A DNA stretch of 64,000 nt from Bradyrhizobium sp. (GCA_041490045.1 JBGPSI010000005.1:531-64530); one strand, 5' to 3'; counted from the first letter of the stretch, positions 10,915 through 20,760 are shown. The notes: generated from the letters alone by a model not told the origin. Numbers and translations are program-made.

Positions 10915-11067
10915 TCAGAACGGGTGAATCGACAGCGAGCCGAACACCATGGCCGCAATGAGCGCGACGGCGCCGTACAGCGCAGCCGCATGGAACCCGT
11001 TTCCGGTTCGTCGGGACAGGGAACGCGCATAAAGATGCAGGCGGGCTTCCGCCGATAGTTTGCGCAT
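10915..11067 (-). CDS. Small (50 aa) putative single-pass membrane protein
   Basis: GGAG RBS upstream of ATG; MRKLSAEARLHLYARS... with hydrophobic C-terminus AAALYGAVALIAAMVFGSL. Confidence 0.55.
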   Translation of the reverse strand: MRKLSAEARLHLYARSLSRRTGNGFHAAALYGAVALIAAMVFGSLSIHPF

Positions 11068-11243
11068 GGTGGATCTCCAACGCTCCATCACGGCCATTGA
11101 AATACGCTCGGCGGTCGCGCGCAAGACGACCCTGCAAATAGCGATATGAAAGCTTCGTGAGGACCCAATCGGAGTCAAACGTTCTCCGGAATGGATTCGC
11201 GCGAGAATATTATTCGGCCCGATTTGAGTGAACTGGAACCCGA

Positions 11244-12845
11244 TCAATAGACGTCGAGTTGGAACCGCCCCTTCTTCTTGAGTTCCCCAACGAAGAGCAC
11301 CGCTTCGTCGGTCGTCCGCGCGCCGAATTGCGCGACGATATCGACCAGCGCGCGCTCGACGTCCTTCGCCATCCGTTTGGCGTCGCCACAGACGTAGACA
11401 TTCGCGCCTTCGGCCAACCAGTTCCACAATTCGCGGCCGACCTCGCGCATGCGATCCTGAACATAGAATTTCTTGTCGCCGTCGCGCGACCACGCCAGCG
11501 ACAATCGCGTCAAAAGCCCCGAGGTCTTCAGCGCGTTCAGTTCGTCGGAATAGAAGAAGTCGCAGTCGCTGCGCTGATGACCGAAGAACAGCCAGTTCTT
11601 GCCCGGCGCGCCGGTCGCCTTGCGGTCGAGCAGGAACGCGCGGAACGGCGCGACACCGGTGCCGGGTCCGATCATGATGATCGGCACCTTCGGATCCTGC
11701 GGCAACGCGAAGCCGTGGGCCTTCTGGACGTAGACTTTGACCTCGTCGCCGGGATTGATGCGCTCGGCCAGGAAAGTCGAGGCCATGCTTAAGCGCTTGC
11801 GCTTGCCGATCACGTAGCGCACGCAATCGACCGTCAGGGACAGCTTGCCGGGCGTCGCATTGTGCGACGACGAGATCGAATAGAGCCGGGGCTGCAGCGG
11901 CTCCAGCGCTTCGACGAAGGCTTCGGGATGCGGGCGCACGCCGGAAAATTTATGCAACGCCGCCATCACGTCGAGCGTTGCGGCATCGCCGTCGGGATCT
12001 TCGCCCTGCGCCAGCGCGCGCGCCTTCTCGCGCTGCGCGCCGCCGGTGATGAAGGAGAGCAGTTCGAACAACGAATCCGGTGCCGGTGCCAGCGACACGT
12101 CCGACGTCAGCACCTCGCGCAGCGTCTTGCCTCTGACTTCGGTGGTGTGCGAGGCGCCAAGCAGCGCAATGATCTGGTCGACGTGGCCGATGTCGTTGCG
12201 GGCGAAAATGCCGAAGGAATCGCCGACGACATAGTCAAGGCCGCTGCCCGAGAGATCGAAATCGATATGCCAGGTTTCCTTTTCCGAGCCGGGCTTGTTG
12301 AGGAGACGGCGCGACAGGAACGTTGCCGCGACCGGATTGTCGCGCGAACGCCCCGGCTCCACGGTCACGGCTGGCGCCGCCGCGGCGGGCGCGAGCGCCG
12401 GCCCGGGCGACGCGGCCGGGGCCTTCTCCAGCTCCTCATGCAGCGCCTTCAGCATCCGCGCGGTTTCCTTGCCGCCGGGGACGCAGAGATTGAGGCGCGG
12501 CTCCGCCTTGCTGGCGATCGCCTCGGAATAGTCGTGGCAATTGTAGCCGCACTGGCCGCAATCCTGTTGCGCCATCGCCGCCATCATCCGCCGTCGCATG
12601 GGACGGCCTTCCGCCAGCTTCATGCGGTCGGCGATCGGCATGGTCTGGTCGTGCCAGGGCGCTTCGCCGTCGTCGCCCGCGGGACCCTGCAGCACGGCAA
12701 CGCCCTGCTCGGCGGAAAGTGGTGTTGGACCATCGGTCGACAGCAGCCCGGCGAAGAACCCGTTCAGCCAGGAGCGCTGCGCTTCCGAAAACGGTGCGCT
12801 TGCGGGAATGATGTCGATTTTGGGTGGAGGCGACATCTGGTTCAT
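11244..12845 (-). CDS. Sulfite-reductase-alpha-like flavoprotein (Fe-S domain plus FAD/NADPH FNR domain), probable NirA partner
   Basis: CGQCGYNC..Y...LCVPGG Fe-S motif; PRLYSISSS, MIGPGTGVAPFR, YVCGDAKRMAKDV; 4-bp overlap with nirA. Confidence 0.88.
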   Translation of the reverse strand: MNQMSPPPKIDIIPASAPFSEAQRSWLNGFFAGLLSTDGPTPLSAEQGVAVLQGPAGDDGEAPWHDQTMPIADRMKLAEGRPMRRRMMAAMAQQDCGQCGYNCHDYSEAIASKAEPRLNLCVPGGKETARMLKALHEELEKAPAASPGPALAPAAAAPAVTVEPGRSRDNPVAATFLSRRLLNKPGSEKETWHIDFDLSGSGLDYVVGDSFGIFARNDIGHVDQIIALLGASHTTEVRGKTLREVLTSDVSLAPAPDSLFELLSFITGGAQREKARALAQGEDPDGDAATLDVMAALHKFSGVRPHPEAFVEALEPLQPRLYSISSSHNATPGKLSLTVDCVRYVIGKRKRLSMASTFLAERINPGDEVKVYVQKAHGFALPQDPKVPIIMIGPGTGVAPFRAFLLDRKATGAPGKNWLFFGHQRSDCDFFYSDELNALKTSGLLTRLSLAWSRDGDKKFYVQDRMREVGRELWNWLAEGANVYVCGDAKRMAKDVERALVDIVAQFGARTTDEAVLFVGELKKKGRFQLDVY

Positions 12846-14623
12846 GTGGAAGCCTCCGCTTCAGCGAGCTTGCGCAGGGTTTCGCCGTCATGGCGTCGCG
12901 CGAATGTCAGGAACGTTTCTTCGGATGAGGATCGGTGGGCCAGATAGGCCTTCAACAATTTTTCCACCGTCCTCGGCGCGTCCTCGGCCTTGAGGTCGTG
13001 AAAGACCTCATGCCCAATATCGGCATTCGGGCCAAAGCCGCCGCCGGCGAACAGATGATAGCCTTCGACGGTGTCGTCCTCCTCGCCGACCGGGACCTTG
13101 GCGGCGATCAGCCCGATATCGCTGATGTAGTGCTGGGCGCAGGAATGGTGGCAGCCGGTGAGATGGATGTTGAGCGGGGTGTCAATCTCCACCCGAGGCT
13201 CGCACCAGTCGCCGATGGCGGCCGCATGGCGCTTGGTGTCGGAGGCTGCAAACTTGCAACCGGCATTGCCGGTGCAGGCGATCAGGCCGGCGCGGATCTG
13301 CGACGCCTTGGCGGAAAGGCCGGTTGCCTCGATGGCCGCGACCGCCACCCCCACATTCTCGTCGCGTACGCCCGATAGCAGGAGGTTCTGCCAGACCGTC
13401 AGCCGGATATCGCCGTCGCCGAGGTCATGGGCGATTTTTGCAAGTCCGCGCATCTGCTCGCAGGTCACCTTGCCGAGCGGCAGCGCGACGCCGATCCAGT
13501 TCAGACCTTGCTGTCTTTGCGCGTGCACGCCGATATGAGCCATGCGGTCGAAGGCCGGTCGCGGCGCGAGGGCTTCGCCTGGGACGCGGGTCAGGGCATG
13601 ACCGAGTTTCTCCTCGACCAGGGTGAGGAATTTCTCCATGCCCATGCCGTCGATGACGTATTTCAGGCGTGCTTTAAGCCGGTTGGTGCGGTCGCCGAGG
13701 TCAATGAACACGCGCACAATGGCGTCGGCGATCCTGGTCGCGTCCGTCGGCCTGACGATGATGCCGGTCGCCTTGGCAAAATCCTTGTGGCCGGTGATGC
13801 CGCCGATCCCCAGCCGAAACCAGATGCCGGGCTCCACGCCGAACCCGTCCTTTACTTCGATCGCGGCAAACGCAATGTCGTTGGTGTCTTCGAGTACGGC
13901 GATCCTGCCTGCGCCGTCGAAGGCGACGTTGAACTTGCGCGGCAGCCCCGTCAGCGAGCGGTCGTTGAGGATGTGATAGTGCCACTCGCGCGCGTATTCG
14001 CGGGTGTCGAGCAGTTCCTGCGGATCGATGCCGGCGGTGGGTGTACCCGTGACGTTGCGGATGTTGTCGGCGCCGGAGCCGCGCGAGCACAGGCCGAGGT
14101 CCTGAATGCCCTCGATCAGGGCCACCGCATGCTTCGGCGGAATTTCGCGGACCTGCAGATTGGCGCGGGTGGTGACGTGGGCAAACGGCCCGCACAGACG
14201 CTCGGCGAGATCGGCCATGCCCGACAATTGCCAGTGCTTGAGCATGCCGTTCGGGATCCGCAAGCGGCACATGTAGGAATCTTGCGCCGGCGCGACATAG
14301 AACAGGCCGTAATAGCGCCAGCGAAAATTATCCGCCGGCGACGGGGCTGCGTTGTTGTGCGCCTGCTCCTTCAGCCGCGGATAGGCGTCGAACGGATGTT
14401 CCTCGCGCTTGAATTTCTCCTGGTCGGCGAGTTTCCTGCCCGATGCGACGACCTTGTCCTGCGCCTTGATATGCGCGGCATCAGGGCCGCTCGGCTCGGC
14501 ATTCACCTTGCCGGCGCCGCCGAGGCCGCGCCCGACCTTGCTGATCTGCAGGCCGGTCGCGAAACCTTCGAGGTAACGCTTCTGTTCGTCGGAAAAGTCG
14601 ACAGAGAGTGGTTCGAGTTTCAT
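12842..14623 (-). CDS. nirA: Siroheme assimilatory nitrite reductase
   Basis: MCRLRIPNG, TTRANLQ, DNIRNV, LPRKFN, ACTGNAGC and TGCHHSCAQH siroheme/Fe-S ligands; next to nasST. Confidence 0.88.
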   Translation of the reverse strand: MKLEPLSVDFSDEQKRYLEGFATGLQISKVGRGLGGAGKVNAEPSGPDAAHIKAQDKVVASGRKLADQEKFKREEHPFDAYPRLKEQAHNNAAPSPADNFRWRYYGLFYVAPAQDSYMCRLRIPNGMLKHWQLSGMADLAERLCGPFAHVTTRANLQVREIPPKHAVALIEGIQDLGLCSRGSGADNIRNVTGTPTAGIDPQELLDTREYAREWHYHILNDRSLTGLPRKFNVAFDGAGRIAVLEDTNDIAFAAIEVKDGFGVEPGIWFRLGIGGITGHKDFAKATGIIVRPTDATRIADAIVRVFIDLGDRTNRLKARLKYVIDGMGMEKFLTLVEEKLGHALTRVPGEALAPRPAFDRMAHIGVHAQRQQGLNWIGVALPLGKVTCEQMRGLAKIAHDLGDGDIRLTVWQNLLLSGVRDENVGVAVAAIEATGLSAKASQIRAGLIACTGNAGCKFAASDTKRHAAAIGDWCEPRVEIDTPLNIHLTGCHHSCAQHYISDIGLIAAKVPVGEEDDTVEGYHLFAGGGFGPNADIGHEVFHDLKAEDAPRTVEKLLKAYLAHRSSSEETFLTFARRHDGETLRKLAEAEAST

Positions 14624-14666
14624 GGTAGGCGACGAAGCTCCTGCGGCCACGATCGGTGGCTTCAAC

Positions 14667-14745
14667 GGGAAAAGGAAACGCGACCGCGCTGAAATCGGAG
14701 AGCGGTCCGGCCAGCCTCGTTGCTGCGGAAATCCATCTTTGACGG
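14667..14745 (-). promoter_or_regulatory. ANTAR (NasT) leader: hexaloop hairpin(s) followed by terminator-like hairpin
   Basis: Minus strand CAGC-AACGAG-GCTG (A1/G4 loop, 14712-14725), weaker GTC-AAAGAT-GGA upstream, then GACCGC...GCGGTC and a pyrimidine tract. Confidence 0.65.
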
Positions 14746-14786
14746 CGGCCAGCGGACATCGGCGACGGCTGGCTGCACTGCAACAT

Positions 14787-14801
14787 TCAAGTTGCGTGCC
14801 A
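14787..14801 (-). promoter_or_regulatory. Sigma-54 (-24/-12) promoter of nirA
   Basis: TGGCAC-GCAAC-TTGA on minus strand, one mismatch to TGGCAC-N5-TTGC. Confidence 0.6.
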
Positions 14802-14950
14802 TCCGGGAGCGGATGGAATACATATGTAATTCAATATGTTACACGGAGATGTTTGAACCTTGGGCCGGGCGACGCCGTGAAATTCAGGCAGCCAGCCTAA
14901 ATTTTAGCCTGTTGAGACCGCTGCCCAACATTGCTTCAAAAGATACCGGC

Positions 14951-16117
14951 TCAGGATATCCGGCGTCCGATCGCGAACGCAGCCAGATGGGCGCCAATAT
15001 CATTGGCATCGAACGGCGGACCGGCGAAGGCACCGATGGTCTCGGACGTATCAGCGCCCTTCCCTTCGCGCCCCAGCGCCGCGTCGTACAGGTCCGGCCT
15101 GAACACGGCCTCGGCGGTCTTGAGCGCCTCCGGGCTGAAGGAGGTCTGTCCCCAGCGTACCATCTGCGCATAGAGCCAGGCGGCCTGCACCGGATCCGGC
15201 CGCGCCGCGCTTTCCCGCCCCACCAGCAGATAGCGGCTGCTCTCGCGCATGGTTCCGTCAGGCGAAATCTTGAGCCGGCCGTCGAGCGTTCGCTGGATCA
15301 CGTCGGCATCGACGCCGATCCGCTCCGGCGCGCTGAGAATGCGCGCCGCGTCAGCGCGGTTTTGCGGCTGCTCGATGAATTCAGCGGCGCGGGACGCGGC
15401 CCGGACCAATGCGGCAACGACTTGCGGATTCTTCTCCGACCAGTTCTGCCGAACCGCAAGCACCTTTTCCGCGGCACGCACCAGAATGTCCGAGACGAAA
15501 TGCAGGATATGGCCGACGCCGCTGTCGACGGCGATGGAATTCCAGGGCGCGCCGACGCAGAACGCATCGACATGACCATTGGCGAGGCTGTCCACCATGT
15601 AGGGCGGCGGCAGCACCACGAGACGCACGTCCTCGTCGGGGTCGACGCCGCCGGCGGCCATCCAGAACCGGAGCTGGTAATTATGGGTGGAGAACGGATA
15701 GGTCATGCCGAAGGTCAGCGGCTCCGCGCCGCTCTTGCGCCGCGCGGCGACCACGCGTGACAGCGCCAGTGCGGTCGCCATCGGGTCGTACCGGTCGCCG
15801 TCGATTTCGCTCGTGATCGCCGCATGCAGCGCCGGTGAGACCGTGATGGCGTTGCCGTTGAGGCCGAGATTGAAGGGCGCCGAGATCGGCACCTTGACGT
15901 GGCCCAGTCCGAGGCTGGAGGCGATCGCGACGGGAGCCAGGAGATGCGCGGCATCGAACAGGCCGATATTGAGCTTGTCGCGGACGTTCGACCACGACAC
16001 TTCCCGCACCAGCGTGACGTCGAGCCCTTCCGCCGCGGCAAATCCCTTGTCGACGGCGACGATCAGCGCCGCGGCGTCGACCAGCGGAATGAAGCCGATG
16101 TGAAGCGGGTGGGTCAT
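14951..16117 (-). CDS. nasS: Nitrate/nitrite sensor NasS (NrtA/CmpA-like, no signal peptide)
   Basis: IGFIPLVDAA, SWSNVRDKL, FSTHNYQLRFWMA, FCVGAPWN; coupled to ANTAR gene. Confidence 0.88.
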   Translation of the reverse strand: MTHPLHIGFIPLVDAAALIVAVDKGFAAAEGLDVTLVREVSWSNVRDKLNIGLFDAAHLLAPVAIASSLGLGHVKVPISAPFNLGLNGNAITVSPALHAAITSEIDGDRYDPMATALALSRVVAARRKSGAEPLTFGMTYPFSTHNYQLRFWMAAGGVDPDEDVRLVVLPPPYMVDSLANGHVDAFCVGAPWNSIAVDSGVGHILHFVSDILVRAAEKVLAVRQNWSEKNPQVVAALVRAASRAAEFIEQPQNRADAARILSAPERIGVDADVIQRTLDGRLKISPDGTMRESSRYLLVGRESAARPDPVQAAWLYAQMVRWGQTSFSPEALKTAEAVFRPDLYDAALGREGKGADTSETIGAFAGPPFDANDIGAHLAAFAIGRRIS

Positions 16118-16704
16118 TTCAGCAACTCCGACGCGGTCAGGATCGACTGTGCGATCTCGCCGATCTTCTTTTTCTCGCGCATCGCGGTCGAGCGCAGCAG
16201 CACATAGGCCTCGTCTTCGGTGAGACCCTTCAGCTTCATCAGGATTCCCTTGGCGCGGTCGATCACCTTGCGGTCTTCCAGCGCGGATTTGGCGCGATCG
16301 AGTTCATCCTGCAGCTTCGCGAAGGCGTTGAAGCGGGAGATGCAGAGGTCGAGGATCGGCTTGATGCGCTCCTTCTTCAGCCCGTCGACGATATAGGCGG
16401 AAACGCCGGCGTCGACGGAAGCCTGGATCGACGCCGCGTCGCTCTGGTCGACGAACATCGCGATCGGCCGGCGCACCGCGCGGCTGACCTGGAACATCTG
16501 TTCCAGCACGTCGCGGCTGGGGTTTTCCAGATCGATCAGGATGACGTCGGGATCGAGCGCATAGATCCGGGCCAAGAGGCTCTGCATCTCGCTGATATGG
16601 ACCACGCCGGTAAAACCTGCTTCCCGCAGCCCCTCCTCGAGGATCGCTGCGCGAATCGGGCTTTCGTCGACAATGACGATTTTCGGTGATTGGTCGGCGC
16701 CCAT
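16114..16704 (-). CDS. nasT: ANTAR antiterminator response regulator NasT
   Basis: Pseudo-receiver plus LEDRKVIDRAKGILMK...EDEAY.LLR..AM ANTAR motif. Confidence 0.9.
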   Translation of the reverse strand: MGADQSPKIVIVDESPIRAAILEEGLREAGFTGVVHISEMQSLLARIYALDPDVILIDLENPSRDVLEQMFQVSRAVRRPIAMFVDQSDAASIQASVDAGVSAYIVDGLKKERIKPILDLCISRFNAFAKLQDELDRAKSALEDRKVIDRAKGILMKLKGLTEDEAYVLLRSTAMREKKKIGEIAQSILTASELLK

Positions 16705-16815
16705 CGGTGACTCGCGTTCCGGCAGTGCATCCATAGCACGCCGCAAGCCTGCTCAAAGCCTTGTAATTGTGAGCAATTGGGACTAGCTCCTGCCCATCAA
16801 TTGGACAAATTAAAG

Positions 16816-18141
16816 ATGCAACAGGCCGTCGCGCCAAAAGTCAGCTTTGTTTCGCTGGGATGCCCCAAGGCGCTGGTGGATTCAGAGCGCATCATCACGC
16901 GGCTGCGCGCAGAGGGCTATGAGCTGGCGCGCAAGCACGACGGCGCTGATCTGGTCATCGTCAACACCTGCGGCTTTCTCGACAGTGCCAAGCGGGAATC
17001 GCTCGGCGCCATCGGCGAGGCGATGGCCGAGAACGGCAAGGTCATCGTCACCGGCTGCATGGGCGCGGAACCCGAGCAGATCGAGGCGGCCTATCCCGGC
17101 GTGCTGTCGATCACGGGGCCGCAGCAATATGAAAGCGTGCTCGATGCCGTGCACCGCGCGCTGCCGCCGCTGCATAATCCGCACCTCGATCTGGTGCCGC
17201 CGCAGGGCATCAAGCTGACGCCGCGGCACTACGCCTATTTGAAGATTTCGGAAGGCTGCAACAACCGCTGCAGCTTCTGCATCATCCCGAAACTGCGCGG
17301 CGACCTCGTGTCGCGGCAGGCGGGCGACGTGCTGCGCGAGGCGGAGAAACTGGTCACCGCCGGCGTCAAGGAATTGCTGGTCATTTCGCAGGACACCTCA
17401 GCCTACGGTGTTGACCTGAAATACGCCGAAAGCCCGTGGAAGGACCGCGCGGTCCGCGCCAAATTCCTCGATCTCGCCAAAGAACTCGGCGAGTTCGGTG
17501 CCTGGGTTCGGCTGCAATATGTCTACCCCTACCCGCATGTCGACGAGGTCATCGGCCTGATGACCGAAGGCAAAATCCTGCCCTACCTCGACATTCCCTT
17601 CCAGCACGCCAGCCCGGAAATCCTGAAGGCCATGAAGCGCCCGGCAGCGCAGGACAAGACGCTCGGGCGGATCCATAGATGGCGCGAGCAATGCCCTGAG
17701 CTGACCTTGCGCTCGACCTTCATCGTCGGCTTTCCCGGCGAGACCGATTCCGATTTTGCCTATCTGCTCGATTGGCTCGATGACGCCGAGATCGATCGCG
17801 TCGGCTGCTTCAAATACGAGCCGGTCGCGGGAGCGTCATCGAACGCGCTTCCCAATGCCGTGCCCGACGAGATCAAGCAGGAGCGCTGGAACGCGCTGAT
17901 GGCGCGGCAGCAGAAGATTTCCGCCCGCCGGCTGAAGCGCAAGGTCGGCACGCGACAGCAAATCATCATCGACGAAGTCGGCCCGACCGTTTCAAGGGGC
18001 CGCTCGAAAGCGGACGCGCCCGAGATCGACGGCGCGGTCTATCTCTCCAGCCGCCGTCCCCTGAAAGTCGGCGAGATCGTCACCGCGAAGATCGAGCGGT
18101 CGGACGAATACGACCTCCACGGCAGCGTCGCCGGTTTCTAG
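16816..18141 (+). CDS. rimO: Ribosomal protein S12 methylthiotransferase
   Basis: [12 protein letters not shown], radical [15 protein letters not shown] domain ADAPEIDG. Confidence 0.96.
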   Translation: MQQAVAPKVSFVSLGCPKALVDSERIITRLRAEGYELARKHDGADLVIVNTCGFLDSAKRESLGAIGEAMAENGKVIVTGCMGAEPEQIEAAYPGVLSITGPQQYESVLDAVHRALPPLHNPHLDLVPPQGIKLTPRHYAYLKISEGCNNRCSFCIIPKLRGDLVSRQAGDVLREAEKLVTAGVKELLVISQDTSAYGVDLKYAESPWKDRAVRAKFLDLAKELGEFGAWVRLQYVYPYPHVDEVIGLMTEGKILPYLDIPFQHASPEILKAMKRPAAQDKTLGRIHRWREQCPELTLRSTFIVGFPGETDSDFAYLLDWLDDAEIDRVGCFKYEPVAGASSNALPNAVPDEIKQERWNALMARQQKISARRLKRKVGTRQQIIIDEVGPTVSRGRSKADAPEIDGAVYLSSRRPLKVGEIVTAKIERSDEYDLHGSVAGF

Positions 18142-18147
18142 GCCTGC

Positions 18148-18177
18148 TTGACAGCGCACGCCGTTCGGTTGTATGGC
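18148..18177 (+). promoter_or_regulatory. Sigma-70 promoter of the argD leader
   Basis: Perfect TTGACA at 18148, TATGGC 18 nt later; predicted TSS near 18184. Confidence 0.6.
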
Positions 18178-18183
18178 GGCACC

Positions 18184-18273
18184 ATGAATTTCAACCGGAC
18201 CCAACTCCGCGCCACCCGCCGTCGTCACGCCCGTGACGATGATCGTGCGCGCCGTGTCCGACGACAACGCTGA
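18184..18273 (+). CDS. Putative Arg-rich leader peptide MNFNRTQLRATRRRHARDDDRARRVRRQR
   Basis: 12 of 29 codons are Arg, including CGC-CGT-CGT and CGA-CGA; lies between promoter and terminator upstream of argD. Confidence 0.7.
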   Translation: MNFNRTQLRATRRRHARDDDRARRVRRQR

Positions 18274-18295
18274 CCAACTAGATCAGCAACGTTTT

Positions 18296-18337
18296 CGAGA
18301 AGGCCGCACCCTGAAAAGTGCGGCCTTCTCGCGTTTT
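18296..18337 (+). terminator. Attenuator terminator hairpin upstream of argD
   Basis: Perfect 14-bp stem CGAGAAGGCCGCAC/GTGCGGCCTTCTCG, 8-nt loop, followed by CGTTTT. Confidence 0.75.
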
Positions 18338-18372
18338 GGCCCGCCTTTTCATTTCAACCCGAGGAGTTTGCC

Positions 18373-19569
18373 ATGAACATCGCCACCCATCCGTTTGACG
18401 CACTGATGAACATCACCGCCCGCCCGCCGGTCGTGTTCGTCCGCGGCGAAGGCGCGTTTCTGTGGGATGACCATGGCAAGCGCTATCTCGATTTCATGCA
18501 GGGCTGGGCGGTCAATTGCCTCGGCCACTCCCCGCCGATCGTCGCCGAAGCGCTCGCAGAGCAAGCAAAATTTCTGCTGACGCCGAGCCCGGCCTTCTAC
18601 AACGGCCCGAGCCTCAAGCTTGCGAAAGCGCTCACCGATCAGAGCTGCTTCGACCAGGTGTTCTTCGCCAATTCAGGCGCGGAAGCCAATGAGGGCGCGA
18701 TCAAGCTCGCCCGTAAATACGGCGCCCTGCACAAGAATGGCGCCTACGAGATCATCAGCTTCGAAGGCGGCTTTCACGGCCGGACGCTGGCGACGATGTC
18801 GGCCTCCGGCAAGAAGGCGTTCGAGCCGCTGTTCGAGCCCAAGGTCTCCGGCTTTCCGAAGGCTCAGCTCAACGACCTCGCCTCGGTGCAGCGCCTGATC
18901 ACGGACAAAACTGTCGCCGTGATGCTGGAGCCGATCCAGGGCGAGGCCGGCGTCTGGCCCGCGACCATTCCGTTCTTGCGCGATCTGCGGGAGTTGACCA
19001 AGGCGCACGGCCTGTTGCTGATCGTCGACGAGATCCAGACCGGCATGGGCCGCACCGGAAAACTGTTCGACTACGAAAATGCCGGCATCGAGCCAGATAT
19101 CATGACCCTCGGTAAGGGCATCGGTGGCGGCGTGCCGCTTGCCGCGCTGCTGGCGACGCAGGCGGCCTCCTGCTTCGAACATGGCGACCAGGGCGGCACC
19201 TTCAACGGCAACCCGCTGATGTGCGCGGCCGGACTCGCGGTGCTACAGCATGTTGCCGAGCCCGCCTTCCTGAAATCGGTCGCGGATACCGGTCTTTATC
19301 TGGAAGGCGAGTTGCAGCGGATCTCGGCGCGACACGGTCTCGGCGAGGTCCGCGGCCGGGGCCTCCTGCTCGCGCTCGACCTGAAAATCCCGATCGCGGC
19401 TTCGATCGTCGCGCAGGCTTTTGAGGATGGCGTGCTGCTCAACCCGCCGCGGCCGGACGCACTGCGTTTCATGCCGGCGCTCAATGTCACGCGGGCGGAA
19501 ATCGCGCTGATGATCGAGTGCCTCGACGCGATCCTCGCGAAGATTGGCGCCGCCAGGCTGGTGGCGTAG
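18373..19569 (+). CDS. argD: Acetylornithine aminotransferase (class III PLP)
   Basis: [60 protein letters not shown]; GAGGAG RBS. Confidence 0.9.
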   Translation: MNIATHPFDALMNITARPPVVFVRGEGAFLWDDHGKRYLDFMQGWAVNCLGHSPPIVAEALAEQAKFLLTPSPAFYNGPSLKLAKALTDQSCFDQVFFANSGAEANEGAIKLARKYGALHKNGAYEIISFEGGFHGRTLATMSASGKKAFEPLFEPKVSGFPKAQLNDLASVQRLITDKTVAVMLEPIQGEAGVWPATIPFLRDLRELTKAHGLLLIVDEIQTGMGRTGKLFDYENAGIEPDIMTLGKGIGGGVPLAALLATQAASCFEHGDQGGTFNGNPLMCAAGLAVLQHVAEPAFLKSVADTGLYLEGELQRISARHGLGEVRGRGLLLALDLKIPIAASIVAQAFEDGVLLNPPRPDALRFMPALNVTRAEIALMIECLDAILAKIGAARLVA

Positions 19570-19585
19570 TTCGACTTCCATCAAC

Positions 19586-19668
19586 CGTCATGGCCGGGCT
19601 TGTCCCGGCCATCCACCTGCCGCCCCACCGAGCAAGACGTGGATGCCCGGCACAAGGCCGGCATGACG
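19586..19668. repeat. CGTC-tagged REP-like palindromic repeat
   Basis: CGTCATGGCCGGGCTTGTCCCGGCCATCCAC...GTGGATGCCCGGCACAAGGCCGGCATGACG between convergent genes. Confidence 0.85.
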
Positions 19669-19695
19669 AGTGTGGGGACGAGCTTTGGTTTCGAG

Positions 19696-20670
19696 CTACG
19701 GCTTCAAAATCGACGCGCCCGTGGTAGCCCGGCTTTCCAGATCGGTATGGGCTTTTGCCGCATCCTTCAGCGCGTAGGCGTGGTTGATCGGCACATGCAG
19801 TTTGCCGTTGATGACGGCGGCGAACAGGGTATCAGCGCCTTCAAGCAGTTCCGAACGCTTGCCGATGTAGTCGTTGAGTTTCGGGCGCGTTGCAAACAGC
19901 GAGCCGTGATTGTTGAGTTCGGCGATCGAGAACGGGGGCACCGGACCCGAGGCGTTGCCGAAACTCACGAACAGCCCGCGCGGCTTCAGGCAGGATAGCG
20001 AGCCCGGAAACGTGGTCTTGCCGACGCCGTCATAGACGACGTCGCAGAGCCCGTTGCGGCTGATCTGCTTGACGCGCGCCACGAAGTCTTCCTCGTTGTA
20101 GAGGATGACGTGGTCGCAGCCATTGGCGAGCGCGAGATCCGCTTTCGCCTTGGAGCCGACCGTGCCGATGACATGCGCCCCGAGCGCCCTCGCCCACTGG
20201 CACGCCAGCAGACCGATGCCGCCGGCGGCGGCGTGGATCAGCACCCGATGATGCGGCTCGACCTTGAAGGTCTTGTGCAGGAGATACCAGACCGTCAGCC
20301 CCTTCAGCATCAGCACCGCGCCCTGCTCATAGGTGATATGGTCGGGCAGTTTTACGAGCCTGTCCGCGGGGATGTTCCGTTCGCTGGCGTAGCCGCCGAG
20401 GTTGGAATAATAGGCGACGCGGTCGCCGGGATGAAAATTGGTCACGCCGGGCCCAACCGACAGCACCTCGCCAGCGGCTTCATTGCCGACCACGAATGGC
20501 AGCCCCGGCGCCTTGTAGAGACCGGTGCGGAAATAGACGTCGATGAAGTTCAGGCCGACGGCGTGCTGGCGCATACGCACCTCGCCCTGCCCCGGCGCGG
20601 GCACGTCCACGGCCTCGTAAACCAGGGCTTCGGGACCCCCCACCTTGTGCACCCGCACGGCCTTGGTCAT
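19696..20670 (-). CDS. qor: NADPH:quinone oxidoreductase (zeta-crystallin family)
   Basis: GLNFIDVYFRTGLY, HAAAGGIG, VVYDGVGK, SFGNASG. Confidence 0.9.
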   Translation of the reverse strand: MTKAVRVHKVGGPEALVYEAVDVPAPGQGEVRMRQHAVGLNFIDVYFRTGLYKAPGLPFVVGNEAAGEVLSVGPGVTNFHPGDRVAYYSNLGGYASERNIPADRLVKLPDHITYEQGAVLMLKGLTVWYLLHKTFKVEPHHRVLIHAAAGGIGLLACQWARALGAHVIGTVGSKAKADLALANGCDHVILYNEEDFVARVKQISRNGLCDVVYDGVGKTTFPGSLSCLKPRGLFVSFGNASGPVPPFSIAELNNHGSLFATRPKLNDYIGKRSELLEGADTLFAAVINGKLHVPINHAYALKDAAKAHTDLESRATTGASILKP

Positions 20671-20760
20671 ATCAGGTTCTCCCTGGGCAATTCATTAGCG
20701 CCAACCGAATGCCATCGAGGCAGTGTTGTCAACTCAATGGCCGCGCGAAAGGCCGGTCGC

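Noticed and set aside
18173-18260. Alternative Val/Thr/Ile-rich frame (VVTPVTMIV) in the argD leader, resembling an ilv leader
   Set aside because: Its upstream ATG (18173) lies within the predicted -10 box and stops after four codons; the downstream gene is not a branched-chain amino acid gene
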